A stretch of DNA of 64,000 nucleotides from Promethearchaeota archaeon (GCA_019057865.1 JAHLWP010000016.1:17511-81510); one strand, 5' to 3'; positions 1-13,593 are shown, numbered from the stretch's first letter. The notes: generated from the letters alone by a model not told the origin. Made by a program: numbers and translations.

Positions 1-1242
1 TTTATCTTTGCCACCCATTCGTATTCTTCCCTTTTTTCGTGTACTTATTGATTTTATAAAACTCATTTGAATCTCTTTTAATTCATCCATATCATCAATA
101 GGTAGGGGAGTAGTATGACTTGTTGGTATCTTGCTTAATCTGGCTTGACTATTTACATCATCTGCATTTTGTAATTCAGTTCCATAGATTATATTTCCCA
201 TTAATTCAAAAAAGGTTGTTTTCCCTGTTCCAGGAGGGGCAATCCAAAAAAGGTTTGGAAATATATCCAAATAATCTTTAAGTGCATAGAAAAAAGGTGA
301 AATTGCTATATATCCACTTGTTATTAATCTTACTGATAATGGCAGACTGTTATTATGGATAATTTCATAAAAGGGGGTTGTTAAATCTCCATTTGTATCT
401 ATTCCTTTCTTCTCACAAAAACTAATTATTTCTTTTTGAAAGTCATTTTCCCCATATAATTTAATATTTTTGATTCCTGGATATATTATTTTTAATTCCT
501 TATTTTGTGTAAGAAACACTCCTATTGTAGGAAACATCGAAATCGGTTCTAAATTATATTTTTTTTCATAACCTCTCAAAATAATGCTTATGAAATTTTT
601 ATATTCTTTCCCTGTTACATAGCTATAATTCCTTTTATTATCAATAAAATCTAACAAATCACTTTTAGATAAACATCTCTCTTCTGCCCCTATTTTTACT
701 TCATAAAACCTTTCCTCATTTTGAGTCAAATAAAGACATGTTAAGTCAAATGGAACATCCAAAATAGGTGTGTCAAAATTCATCTCATAGAATTCATCGG
801 TATTCTTAATTTTATATTTCTTTATTTGTCGGTATATTATCCCCCCTTTTGTGCTTAATAATTTATAAATTCCCCCTCTTGGTTTTTCTGCAACAATAAT
901 AGATAATAATGGTATTTCTTCTCCTTTCTCCTCTTCTTCTTCTTTCTCATATTTAACCACAGTTACCCTATATTGATCCCAGAGTTCATCAAAAGCTCTT
1001 TTTGGTAAAATTCCTTTTTCTGCTAAGAGATTTCTAGTATTGTTCTTACACATAATATCATTAATTCGAATTTGATGAATTAAACTAATTAAATCTGTAG
1101 TTTGAATATCATTATCAATTCTGTTGAACCACTCATATAATTCATTCCATTTGCTTGGATATGGTGTTAACTCCTCAGTTTCTTCATATATTCGTTGTAA
1201 ATATGTAGAATGTTCATACCAATTCTTTTTATTATCTGACAT
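1..1242 (-). CDS. P-loop NTPase, probable replication helicase/primase-type protein of a mobile element (3' end beyond window edge)
   Basis: Not in ORF track. ATG at 1242 (MSDNKKNWYEHSTY...), with in-frame Walker A WIAPPGTGKTTFF at about 246-208. Confidence 0.7.
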   Translation of the reverse strand, partial: MSDNKKNWYEHSTYLQRIYEETEELTPYPSKWNELYEWFNRIDNDIQTTDLISLIHQIRINDIMCKNNTRNLLAEKGILPKRAFDELWDQYRVTVVKYEKEEEEEKGEEIPLLSIIVAEKPRGGIYKLLSTKGGIIYRQIKKYKIKNTDEFYEMNFDTPILDVPFDLTCLYLTQNEERFYEVKIGAEERCLSKSDLLDFIDNKRNYSYVTGKEYKNFISIILRGYEKKYNLEPISMFPTIGVFLTQNKELKIIYPGIKNIKLYGENDFQKEIISFCEKKGIDTNGDLTTPFYEIIHNNSLPLSVRLITSGYIAISPFFYALKDYLDIFPNLFWIAPPGTGKTTFFELMGNIIYGTELQNADDVNSQARLSKIPTSHTTPLPIDDMDELKEIQMSFIKSISTRKKGRIRMGGKDK

Positions 1243-1245
1243 TTT

Positions 1246-1524
1246 TTATTTCCCTCTCATTATTTTTAATATATTTTTTTCAACTTCTTTTTTCATCTCT
1301 GAAATATTGTAGATCTGTTCTTTCTTCTTTCTCTTATTCTTGGAAACATATTTTCGAATAGCTACTTCCTTCTTTTCCTCAAAGAATAAATCTTTACATA
1401 TGCTATCACAAAAGATACCATGTTTTATTCGCATTTCACAAAACAAGCATTTTCCCTTAAGGAAATCAAATGTTCCGTTAATAATATTAAGATAATTATT
1501 TTCTCTTTTCTTCTTTTTACTCAA
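1246..1524 (-). CDS. Small Cys-containing basic hypothetical protein
   Basis: ORF with CxxC...CxxxC; GAGG upstream of TTG. Confidence 0.55.
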   Translation of the reverse strand: MSKKKKRENNYLNIINGTFDFLKGKCLFCEMRIKHGIFCDSICKDLFFEEKKEVAIRKYVSKNKRKKKEQIYNISEMKKEVEKNILKIMRGK

Positions 1525-1533
1525 TTTTAACCT

Positions 1534-1689
1534 CTACCTCTCTTTTTTTTCTTTAAATTTACAATCTCCTTTCTTGTCAAATTCAATCCGGAAATTACAA
1601 TCATTATCAATATAGTCTTCTATTTCTTCATCGTGCTTTATTTTATATTTAACCTTTTGAGGTGCTAATCTCCCATCTTTGTCGAACAT
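1534..1689 (-). CDS. Small hypothetical protein (MFDKDGRLAPQKVKY..., 51 aa)
   Basis: Manual translation; fills the gap between neighbouring minus-strand ORFs. Confidence 0.4.
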   Translation of the reverse strand: MFDKDGRLAPQKVKYKIKHDEEIEDYIDNDCNFRIEFDKKGDCKFKEKKER

Positions 1690-1696
1690 CAAATTT

Positions 1697-2005
1697 TCAA
1701 TCACTCTCCAGGAATTTTTCCAAAGTGTTTTTCAATTTTTTATTTTCAAAATCTTTGGTTATTTTAAATGTGATATAAAAATTCTTTATTTTCTTAAATT
1801 CTTTTTCAATACGGATATATACATTATATCCTTTGTTTATTAGACCATAGATATATACCTTAAATCCTTCAAAAACTAAATCCTCTAATTCTTTAATATC
1901 ATAAACGGATACCTTAATCCATCTACCACTAAGAAGTGTTTTAGCTTTATCAAATTTAGAAAAATCTCGTGGCATTTTCTCCTTTTTAACAGAAAAAAGG
2001 TTCAA
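1697..2005 (-). CDS. Hypothetical protein
   Basis: ORF track; real start may be the internal ATG (MPRDFS) after AAGGAG. Confidence 0.55.
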   Translation of the reverse strand: MNLFSVKKEKMPRDFSKFDKAKTLLSGRWIKVSVYDIKELEDLVFEGFKVYIYGLINKGYNVYIRIEKEFKKIKNFYITFKITKDFENKKLKNTLEKFLESD

Positions 2006-2085
2006 ATATTAACAAACATTAATATTCAGGGAGAAATAATCTTCATTTGAGATAAAAAATACCCTCTCTGGTGTTTTGTCTCAAA

Positions 2086-2259
2086 CTATTTCTCCTTTTT
2101 TTCTGTATTAAAACCCCTCGATTCTTTTAATTTTGAAAGATTTAATAACACAAAGTCCTGCTCCTTTTTCAAATCTTCCTCATCTTCATTTAATCGTTCC
2201 AATTTTTCAAAAAGTAAATTAAGATTAGAATAAATGATTTCTTTAATGTCTTTACTCAA
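2086..2259 (-). CDS. Small coiled-coil hypothetical protein (57 aa)
   Basis: Manual translation from TTG with GGTG upstream; overlaps stop of the RHH-like gene. Confidence 0.45.
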   Translation of the reverse strand: MSKDIKEIIYSNLNLLFEKLERLNEDEEDLKKEQDFVLLNLSKLKESRGFNTEKKEK

Positions 2260-2395
2260 TCAGGACACCTTTCTCTTTTAACTCTGCTTCTAAAAGTTCA
2301 GAAACTTTCTTCTTAATAGTTTTATCTTCTTTTGTAGCCAAAATTTTGATTCCTTTTAGAAGCTTATATTCAACTTTAATTGTTTTTAAAGCCAT
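2252..2395 (-). CDS. Ribbon-helix-helix/CopG-like regulator (47 aa)
   Basis: MALKTIKVEYKLLKGIKILATKEDKTIKKKVSELLEAEL has an RHH-like pattern; GAGGT upstream of ATG 2395. Confidence 0.6.
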   Translation of the reverse strand: MALKTIKVEYKLLKGIKILATKEDKTIKKKVSELLEAELKEKGVLIE

Positions 2396-2894
2396 ATCTT
2401 TTTCTACCTCTGTTTTTAATTTTAAATTTATAGAAAATGAGTCTTTTATTCCTACATGAATAAAAAGGTTATTTTTAAAGTTTCTTAACCCGGATTCATT
2501 CTCATTTTTTTCCAATGGATTTAAAAAAGGTATCAAACACCTAATTTTTCCATTTCCAATTCACTTTTTTTTCCTCCATAACCCGCTAGAGGCAGATAGG
2601 TAAGGCACCTACCTAATAAAAATAAAAATAGTTTTAGACGATACCTTTTATTCTAATTCTCTTATACCCCTTATATTATTTATATTTGATCCTAAAAATT
2701 CCTTTTTAATTTATTAACTAGGTAATTAAAACAAGAAAAGAATAGTTTCTATTGATATTTCATATATATTATATATCTTTCTTGGTATGAAACAATGGTT
2801 TCACGAAAATATTAAAATAATATAGGATGGTTACATCAGAATTGAAATTTTTATTAATTCCTAAGACATAAAAGCTTTATTATTCAAAAGAAAT

Positions 2895-3101
2895 TCAAGA
2901 AAGAACTTCCAATATCTTAGTAAGAATACGAGCTTTACCGCCTGTGGATTGCAGTAAAGTTTTTCCGCATACTAAACATTCAACATCAGTAGCAGAACAT
3001 CCAAAAATAATTTGCTGATTTCCACAATTTAAGCACTTCACACGTAAAAATCTAGATTTTGGCTGTGGAATAATTGCCTTTTCTTCTCTTTTATGAACCA
3101 T
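2895..3101 (-). CDS. rps27e: 30S ribosomal protein S27e
   Basis: [20 protein letters not shown]...CLVCGKTL...GGKA. Confidence 0.97.
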   Translation of the reverse strand: MVHKREEKAIIPQPKSRFLRVKCLNCGNQQIIFGCSATDVECLVCGKTLLQSTGGKARILTKILEVLS

Positions 3102-3115
3102 TTAATTCACGCTTT

Positions 3116-3397
3116 TTATACTTCTTGTAGTTCGAGTCGTTTTACACGATAAGATTTTGCATAATGTTTTTTGCCACATTCAGAGCATTCCAAAAGGGGC
3201 GTTGTTCTTTTGTTAATCTTTACATTTTTATGAAAGATTTCTTTTGGGAAACTTCCGTATCCCGCTTTTTTGCGTTCTAATCTTCGCCTACCCTGATTTA
3301 ACATACGTTCCTTGCCTTTTTTATAGATTGTGACATTATGTTTTGTATGTATTCTACAGGTTGGGCAGTATCTATTCATTGACCGAGGGTATTTCAA
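3116..3397 (-). CDS. rpl44e: 50S ribosomal protein L44e
   Basis: YCPTCRIHTKH, KGKER, GYG, LECSECGKKH; adjacent to S27e. Confidence 0.96.
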   Translation of the reverse strand: MKYPRSMNRYCPTCRIHTKHNVTIYKKGKERMLNQGRRRLERKKAGYGSFPKEIFHKNVKINKRTTPLLECSECGKKHYAKSYRVKRLELQEV

Positions 3398-3540
3398 TAT
3401 TCACTGACCTTAATATCTAATTAACTTAGGTAGTTATTTATGAATTTTAAATTTTATTAGTTCTCTTTCTTTCTTATAAACTTCTACTATTTAATAAAAA
3501 ATGTTTTAAATCTTATTTACATAATTTTAATAAAACCATA

Positions 3541-4479
3541 TTGATAAGAATTTTGAAGTTTAAAGAGAAATTTAGTAAAGGAATAATAAGTGCTAAGCAA
3601 TTTGATAGGGAAGATATTGATTATATCTTAAAAAAAGCTAAAGAAATGATTCAAATTAAAAATTCTAATATTCTTAAAGGAAAAATCTTAGCAACATTAT
3701 TTTTTGAACCCTCAACCCGTACTCGTCTCAGTTTTGAATCTGCAATGTATAGATTAGGAGGTAATATAATAGGATTCCATTCTGGAGATGTTTCCTCTAT
3801 CAAAAAAGGAGAAAGCATTGCCGATACAATAAGAACGGTTGAAAATTATAGTGACTGTATAGTGATGAGACACAGCCTCGAAGGAGCTGCTCGAATGGCA
3901 GCAAAATTCGCAAACGTCCCGATAATTAATGCAGGGTCAGGAAGTGGTGAACATCCTACTCAAGCATTATTAGATCTATTAACTATAATTAAAGAGGTTG
4001 GATCTTTAGATGGCTTAAATATTGGTATAATGGGTGATCTTAAGTATGGTCGTACAGTTCACTCACTTTCAATTTTACTCTCTAATTTTGAAGTAAATAT
4101 CTATTTCATAAGCCCTAAGGAGCTTAGAATGAGAAATAGAGATAAAGATTTTTTAAGACAACGACAAGTAAAATATAAAGAAATTACTAAATATCGTTTG
4201 ATTCTAAGTGTGTTAGATGTTCTTTATATGACACGAATTCAAAAAGAAAGATTCATTGATTTGGAAGAATATGAAAAGGTTAAGGATATATATGTTTTTA
4301 GAAAAGAGGATCTTGATGACACTAAAAATGGATTTAGATTATTACATCCTTTACCCCGTGTTTCCGAAATTTCACCAAAAGTAGACAGTTCTGAGAAAAC
4401 AATTTACTTTAAACAAGCATTTTACGGAATCCCAATGAGAAAAGCACTTTTAGCAGAATTGATGTCAGATAAAAGCTGA
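3541..4479 (+). CDS. pyrB: Aspartate carbamoyltransferase catalytic subunit
   Basis: FFEPSTRTRLSFE, HPTQALLD, GDLKYGRTVHSL, HPLPR. Confidence 0.97.
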   Translation: MIRILKFKEKFSKGIISAKQFDREDIDYILKKAKEMIQIKNSNILKGKILATLFFEPSTRTRLSFESAMYRLGGNIIGFHSGDVSSIKKGESIADTIRTVENYSDCIVMRHSLEGAARMAAKFANVPIINAGSGSGEHPTQALLDLLTIIKEVGSLDGLNIGIMGDLKYGRTVHSLSILLSNFEVNIYFISPKELRMRNRDKDFLRQRQVKYKEITKYRLILSVLDVLYMTRIQKERFIDLEEYEKVKDIYVFRKEDLDDTKNGFRLLHPLPRVSEISPKVDSSEKTIYFKQAFYGIPMRKALLAELMSDKS

Positions 4480-4502
4480 GAAATCTCTCTATTTATTATA
4501 TT

Positions 4503-6479
4503 CTAAATTTTAATCCTTTTCTGTATAAAAATCGCTTCTAATTCAGATTTGAATAGATTAGATAAACGCTCTTTTATTGATGTCCCATTGATATCAATAT
4601 ATTCATCAAATATAATTCCTCCGTTGATAACTTTTTCAAATTTTTTAAATAAATTAACTCTTTTAGCTAAAGATAACTTTGAATTGTGTCTAATAATGCA
4701 TGATGAATATTTATATGGCATATCACTTCTTAGAGTTGTTCCATTATGCCACGCATTATTTAAATATGTATCATTATGAGGTTGGCTTAAAATATAATAA
4801 TTGTTCTCTTCTTGATTTTTTTCTCTAATTAATTTTTTCATGAAAGTTAAGATCCTTAAAGCAAATTCTTCACTATTTCTTAATTTATCAAGCTCTATTC
4901 CACAATGATTCAAAATTGCTTCATTTAAACCAAAAAAACTTACAGATTTGATTGTATTCTGATAAAAATCATCTTCAATTTTTCCAAAAAAATCATAAAT
5001 CAAACGTTTCCAACCATTTAAAGAATTTAATTTCTTTTCTATTAACGATTCTTTATGTTTAAATAAATCAAAAACACAACTCATTTTGTCAAATAGTAAA
5101 TCTAGGAATAAATCATCATTTCGATTTGCCTTTACTGATATTGAGTGTAAATTAATTAAAATTTTATCTAAAATTATCTGATTTTTACTAGAATTTTTAA
5201 TTTTAATTAAAGCAGAATTTAGAAAATTTGAGGAATTATAGTTGTAAAAGCAAATATTATTATTTTTTAAAATAGGTATTATATCTTCTAAAAAAATATT
5301 TTCTAAATTTGAAGTATTTAATTTTGAATAATCAAATATTATAAAAGGTTTAACATTATTATCAATTTCTTTTCCTCTTATTTTATAATTCAAAAATTCT
5401 TTATCAACTTTGAATTGATTTAAAAATAAATCAGTTGAATCCTTAAAATCATGATAGTTAAACTCAAAAGTTAAACTATGTCTCAGATCTTCAAAAGAAT
5501 TGTTAAAATTGAGAATTTGGGATTTCAAAATATCAATAAAGTATAACATTTTCTCATGGGAATTCATATAAGAAAGAAAATTTTTGTTGAATTCACCTAA
5601 TACTAAATCTTGAGAGAAATAAGGCTTAAAATTATGTAAAAGATCAGTAAAACGTAGAATTAAGTTAATTAAATCTCTAGAATTGGTTAATTTACTCGAG
5701 GAATTCAAATTTCTTTTAATAAGCACCTCTAGTACTGAGTTTGTATTTAAATATAAGCTTAAAGGTCTCAAACTCCAATAATTTAAGTGCAGTAGAGCTA
5801 TTTCTCCTGTTAAATATAAATCAGCTAGATTTTTTGGTAATAAGTTCAAGAGTAAAAATTGCTCAGAAACGTCAGATCCTAATTCCTTTATGAACTTGTC
5901 AGGATTAATATTGCTGCCTTCTGAGTTAAATAATTTAAATACTTCAAATGGAGGTGTTCCTAAACGAGTTAATTTATGTCTTACTTCTTCAAATCCATTT
6001 TCTAATAATATTGCATTAATATATTCACGCATTAAAGGAGCAGTTAGATATTCAATATTAGTCTTCGAAAGGCGCTCTTCAACTTCGTGAGCAATTTGTT
6101 TAGCTATAAAAGATTCCATTCCGCCTTCGTTTATGAGATATTCCTCAATTTTATTTATATCAAATATTTCTTTCGAATATTTAGATGTTCTAATCATTTT
6201 TACCCTATTTTTTTCCACTAAGATCTGTTCAATAGATAATACACTATCTAATATCTGCTTACCTAAAACTGTAATATAATATCCGTCTTCAGAAGATTCT
6301 ATTAATTTACAGTCTTTTAAGGCATTTAAATGAAATGAGAAATTTACAGATGTATTATTACAATTAATAACTTCTTTTTGAAGTCGTGAAAATGAAATAG
6401 GTTCTTTAATTTTTTTTAGTTTCTTTAAAATATCTATTCTAATTTTTTGCCCTAAGGTTTTTAATTGTTTTTCTAACAT
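4503..6479 (-). CDS. wHTH + ATP-cone + degenerate class III ribonucleotide reductase (NrdD-like) protein
   Basis: N-terminal ArsR-like HTH (FSFHLNALKDCKLI), ATP cone (IRTSK...LTAPLMREYINAILLENG...TRLGTP), NrdD-like body (LPKNLADLYLTGEIALLHL; FFGLNEAI). Confidence 0.75.
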   Translation of the reverse strand: MLEKQLKTLGQKIRIDILKKLKKIKEPISFSRLQKEVINCNNTSVNFSFHLNALKDCKLIESSEDGYYITVLGKQILDSVLSIEQILVEKNRVKMIRTSKYSKEIFDINKIEEYLINEGGMESFIAKQIAHEVEERLSKTNIEYLTAPLMREYINAILLENGFEEVRHKLTRLGTPPFEVFKLFNSEGSNINPDKFIKELGSDVSEQFLLLNLLPKNLADLYLTGEIALLHLNYWSLRPLSLYLNTNSVLEVLIKRNLNSSSKLTNSRDLINLILRFTDLLHNFKPYFSQDLVLGEFNKNFLSYMNSHEKMLYFIDILKSQILNFNNSFEDLRHSLTFEFNYHDFKDSTDLFLNQFKVDKEFLNYKIRGKEIDNNVKPFIIFDYSKLNTSNLENIFLEDIIPILKNNNICFYNYNSSNFLNSALIKIKNSSKNQIILDKILINLHSISVKANRNDDLFLDLLFDKMSCVFDLFKHKESLIEKKLNSLNGWKRLIYDFFGKIEDDFYQNTIKSVSFFGLNEAILNHCGIELDKLRNSEEFALRILTFMKKLIREKNQEENNYYILSQPHNDTYLNNAWHNGTTLRSDMPYKYSSCIIRHNSKLSLAKRVNLFKKFEKVINGGIIFDEYIDINGTSIKERLSNLFKSELEAIFIQKRIKI

Positions 6480-6716
6480 ATTTTATTTTTTGTCGGAATC
6501 AATTTTAAATATAGATATAGTTTTATACCTTTAACGCTGCTTATCTAAATAATATGTTTATCAATTATATAAAAATTCGGGAATTTTCCATTGCTTTAAT
6601 AAAAAAAGATAATATGTAGGTGATATTGAAACTTATAGTAAGAGATTTGGTGATCTTTAATTTTAAAATTTTTTTTATATTTAGAATTAGTTATTTGTTA
6701 AAAATTTTAAAAAAAG

Positions 6717-7334
6717 TTATCGTGCCGAAACAGCAATTCTCTCAATTTCATCCTTTCGTTTTACTGCTCTAGATTCTTGACTATTTTGTGCTGCTAAAAT
6801 TAATTCTTGAGCTATATTTTCTTCAAACATTCTTTCATTCCCATGGGATCTAGCACCAATTGCTTGAACGAGATATTTTATAGCTAAGTCAACTCGGCGC
6901 TGGGGCGCGATATCTACTGCTGAAGCATATGATATCCCTCCTCGAGCGATTTTGGTTGTTTCCTCTCTTGGAGCAGTATTAACAACTGCGTCAACTAAAA
7001 CTTGAACCGGATTTTGACCTGTTTTTAACTCTATTAATGTAAATGCATCTTTCAGGCCTTTTATTAGTTTATTCTTTTTTCCAGAAGTATGTGAACTCTT
7101 ATGTCCTTTTATTCTGCTTCCGATAAAACCAGGAGAGAGCAATCTATTGGTGAATCGTTCAATTATTGAGACTCGTGAGCTTTTCCAGAAACGCCTATGC
7201 TCATGACGACCTGCTGAATGTGGTATTATGATGGTTTTTAGATTAATATATTTCTCAAGCGTAAAATCGTTTAACTCGATGTTTTCAAATGACCATTTAT
7301 TAAATAACTTGATCTCAGATTTGCTTTTACTCAT
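6717..7334 (-). CDS. rps7: 30S ribosomal protein S7
   Basis: NPVQVLVDAVVNTAPREE, VDIAPQRRVDLA, KRKDEIERIAVSAR. Confidence 0.98.
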   Translation of the reverse strand: MSKSKSEIKLFNKWSFENIELNDFTLEKYINLKTIIIPHSAGRHEHRRFWKSSRVSIIERFTNRLLSPGFIGSRIKGHKSSHTSGKKNKLIKGLKDAFTLIELKTGQNPVQVLVDAVVNTAPREETTKIARGGISYASAVDIAPQRRVDLAIKYLVQAIGARSHGNERMFEENIAQELILAAQNSQESRAVKRKDEIERIAVSAR

Positions 7335-7346
7335 TATCTATTACCT

Positions 7347-7811
7347 CTATCTAAGTGGCTTTTCTTTCTTACCAGTTAAAAGTGCTTGTAGGCTCACACC
7401 ATTTACTTTTACAACTCTCCACCTTACTCCAGGGAGATCACCGATAGCTCTCCCTTTAGCTCCACCAATACCTTCTAATAGAACACGATCATGCTCATCA
7501 ATAAAATTAAGCGCTCCATCTCTAGACATTATTAGAACTTAATAATGTACTCCAGGTAGAAACGCTGTAATAGTCTTTCCATTTTTCTTTAATTGTACGC
7601 GTACACACTTCCGAATAGCTGAATTGGGTTGTTTACTCTCCCGACCAACTTTCTGTAGCACGATACCTAGGGCTTGTGGAGCTCCTTCTAAGGGATCAAC
7701 CTTCTGTTTTAATTTGAGCTTTTTCCTTTTATATTTTGATTTAGACCAGCGAAATCTTCTTCGATTTTTTCTTAATTGTCGTGCGGCGTATAATCCTTTT
7801 GGTTTTCCTAT
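7347..7811 (-). CDS. rps12: 30S ribosomal protein S12 (uS12), two exons 7811-7550 and 7519-7347, 144 aa after splicing; probable ATA start
   Basis: [15 protein letters not shown]...AFLPG in one ORF and [11 protein letters not shown]...GDLPGVRW in the next; removing 30 nt joins them in frame. Confidence 0.93.
7520..7549 (-). other. Candidate 30-nt BHB-type mRNA intron in rps12
   Basis: In-frame TAA; perfect 9-bp hairpin ACATTATTA/TAATAATGT; 4-bp helix CUGG/CUAG with bulges AG|U and AG|A. Confidence 0.85.
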
Positions 7812-7927
7812 TTTGAACACCAAATAACAATATTTTAATTATATTATAATGTGAGAAAATATCTCATAGAACTTAAAATTTATGAATATTATAAATATCT
7901 TAAATAGAAAAGAATGAGTTCTTCTGA

Positions 7928-8407
7928 TTAAAAATTATTTTTTGTATTAATTATTACATTATCTACTTCAAAGTACCTTAAAACTAGTTCTTTTATTTTT
8001 CTAATCATACTACCTTCTTTACCTATTGCTTTTCCACGATCTTGGGGGCGAACAGAGATAATAATAGTTTTCTTTAGATTCTTACTCTCTTTAATTTCGA
8101 TATTTTGGACTTTTATGGCATTCTTGGTAGTATTTAAGATATTTTGTATAAACTGGTTAAGATCTTCAGAAAATTCGATGACATCTATATTCTTTTGAAG
8201 TCTTGCCTTTAAATCTTTTACATGTTCTCCAGCTTTTCCAATTGCTTTACCTACATCTTCTTTTTTTACTAAAAAGATAACTACTTCAGAATTATTTTCA
8301 GGAGATCTGAAAATTAGACAGTCTTTTATTATAGCGCCAGATATATTATTGAATAAGGAAATAAGTTCCATCGATTTTTGATCAATTCTAATATGTTTTC
8401 TTAACAT
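7928..8407 (-). CDS. nusA: Archaeal NusA (KH domains)
   Basis: Two GKAIGK KH motifs; lies between L30e and S12. Confidence 0.95.
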   Translation of the reverse strand: MLRKHIRIDQKSMELISLFNNISGAIIKDCLIFRSPENNSEVVIFLVKKEDVGKAIGKAGEHVKDLKARLQKNIDVIEFSEDLNQFIQNILNTTKNAIKVQNIEIKESKNLKKTIIISVRPQDRGKAIGKEGSMIRKIKELVLRYFEVDNVIINTKNNF

Positions 8408-8423
8408 TTTTGAACCAATTAAG

Positions 8424-8804
8424 TTAAATTCTTTTACTTATTAAACTTTGAAGATTGGAATTACCATAGTCATAAATACCCATAATGCTAATCATGTAGG
8501 GTTTCGCACAAGCCAATCCTAAATCCCAGCTTGAACCTTTATACTTAAAAATAAAGATTTTGTCCTTACCAAGAGAATTATAGTGATTTAATTGCTTTAC
8601 AAGGTCCATAGGACAATTATTTGCAATGATTATCATTTTATATCTATTTTGTCTCATTGACCTTAATACTTGATTTCTACCAAATACAATTTTTCCAGTT
8701 TTATACGCAACTTTGATATTTGTGTCAATATCAAATTCCTTCACTTTCTTACGCGTTAAATCAACTTTTTCGGCTACAGCTTTACTCTTCTTCATCTTTG
8801 CCAT
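8424..8804 (-). CDS. rpl30e: 50S ribosomal protein L30e
   Basis: KTGKIVFG, IIANNCP, GSSWDLGLACAKPY. Confidence 0.95.
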   Translation of the reverse strand: MAKMKKSKAVAEKVDLTRKKVKEFDIDTNIKVAYKTGKIVFGRNQVLRSMRQNRYKMIIIANNCPMDLVKQLNHYNSLGKDKIFIFKYKGSSWDLGLACAKPYMISIMGIYDYGNSNLQSLISKRI

Positions 8805-8999
8805 TATCTTCTCAAAAAGTATCTTTTAGTTGACTAATAGTAATTATAATTTATACTTGAATTTAATTTTTTGTTAGTTTATGTTATTTCTTCATTTATA
8901 TTAACAATATTTTTTCTATAATAATATTTTTTAAAGAATAAGTGAAAATTTAATTAAATTAACCTAAATTATTAGTAAATGCTATAAATATGCTTATTC

Positions 9000-10199
9000 T
9001 TACTTTTTGAGTCTCTTCTTTAATATCTCCAAATTTCGGTCAAGATCGAACATGATATTTGTTCTCCCCGTGCCAATCGGAATAACCTGACCTATAATGA
9101 CATTCTCGGGAATTCCTCTAAGGAGTTCCTGTTCTCCGTAAAGCCCTGCATCCAGTAATTGATTGACTGTGACTTCAAAAGCGGCTCTTGCAAAGACACT
9201 CGATTTTGAGCCTGAAATTCCATGTCTTCCTATGGATTGAATTGATCCAGTATGACACATTAAATCTGCTAAAATTAGTAAGTGCCTTAGATCAACATCT
9301 AATCCTTGTTGTTCAAGGACTTTTTGTGCTTCAGTAATAATCATCTTACGTGCAGCTTCTATACCGTATAGTTTTTCTATTTCATGGATATGATTTGAAA
9401 CTGTTCTTGTTGTATCCACTCCATCAATTTGAATTACCCCTTGCATGTTTGTACCTTCAGTTTTTATTACCCATTCTTCATTATTGTCTGAAGGTGTTAA
9501 TAATCCTCTTTTTACTCCTCTAATACCTTTTACAACTTTTTTTAGGATTTTTTCTCTTAATTTCTGTAAACTCTGAAGATCTTCAATTCCAGGATCAATA
9601 ATGATCGTGTTTCCTTCTCGCTTAATTGTACCTTTTTTCTTATATCTTTTTAAAATTTCAGGGATTTGGTCAATATCTATTCCTTTCTTCTCACAAATTT
9701 CAGTGATGAGATTAATATGAATTTGCCAATTTACAAAATCAAGATCTACATCATGTGTAATCTGTTCAATTCTAATTTGTTCTATACGATTATGAACCTT
9801 AATTGCTTCCTCTTCTGTTTTATTATAAGGTTCTTCTAAGTAGATAGTCATTTGTGGAGTTGAGGGAAAACGCCTAGCATCTACAATTTCAATCAAGCGT
9901 GGAAGACCCTGAGTAACTGAGAACTCTTCAACACCTGCATAATGGAAAGTTCGAAGAGTCATTTGGGTTCCAGGTTCACCGATTGATTGAGCTGCAACTG
10001 TCCCGCATGGTTCATTTGCTTCCATTAATGAGTTATTATAATTAATAAATACTTTATTCAAAAGGTATTCCAATTGTTCTTCTTCTAAATCTACATCTTT
10101 TACTTTTTCTCGAATTTTTTCGATTAAATCGTCTGGAATACCATCATCTAATAAAACATTTAATTGTTCTTCTAAAATTTTAGGTGTTACTTTAGCCAT
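9000..10199 (-). CDS. rpoA2: RNA polymerase subunit A'' (Rpo1C)
   Basis: [33 protein letters not shown]. Confidence 0.98.
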   Translation of the reverse strand: MAKVTPKILEEQLNVLLDDGIPDDLIEKIREKVKDVDLEEEQLEYLLNKVFINYNNSLMEANEPCGTVAAQSIGEPGTQMTLRTFHYAGVEEFSVTQGLPRLIEIVDARRFPSTPQMTIYLEEPYNKTEEEAIKVHNRIEQIRIEQITHDVDLDFVNWQIHINLITEICEKKGIDIDQIPEILKRYKKKGTIKREGNTIIIDPGIEDLQSLQKLREKILKKVVKGIRGVKRGLLTPSDNNEEWVIKTEGTNMQGVIQIDGVDTTRTVSNHIHEIEKLYGIEAARKMIITEAQKVLEQQGLDVDLRHLLILADLMCHTGSIQSIGRHGISGSKSSVFARAAFEVTVNQLLDAGLYGEQELLRGIPENVIIGQVIPIGTGRTNIMFDLDRNLEILKKRLKK

Positions 10200-10205
10200 A
10201 TTTAT

Positions 10206-13204
<2,999 letters not shown>

Positions 13205-13593
13205 ATGTGCAATACCTCCATAAATTTGATTAATATAATATTTTCGGATGTTTTGTTAAAAAAATCGATAAAATTCATAGAAAATAACATCCTCTTATTA
13301 TTTTAAGAAAACAATCTTTAAAGAAACAGTATAACAAGCTTTTCACTGTAAGATGAAAAATACACCAAATATTAAAAATTTTACGCTTTTAGACCAAGTT
13401 TTCCCTATATACTAAGTCAAAATAGAATATTTGTCAAAATTTCGTCATAATTTTTAACTTGGAAATTTATTGAAATTATAAAGTAGGTAAAATTATAGCT
13501 TAAATTTAAATTAATAAATAAGACTCTTGAAGATAAAAATTGTTATCCTAAGATATTAAGAGTTTAATTAAATGCTGAATTTAGTAATTTAAT

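Larger units (their letters stand above)
1..2800. mobile_element. End of probable integrated plasmid/provirus-like element
   Basis: Co-directional short orphan ORFs, an RHH-like regulator and a P-loop NTPase, lying directly downstream of rps27e. No integrase or att site visible in window. Confidence 0.55.
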
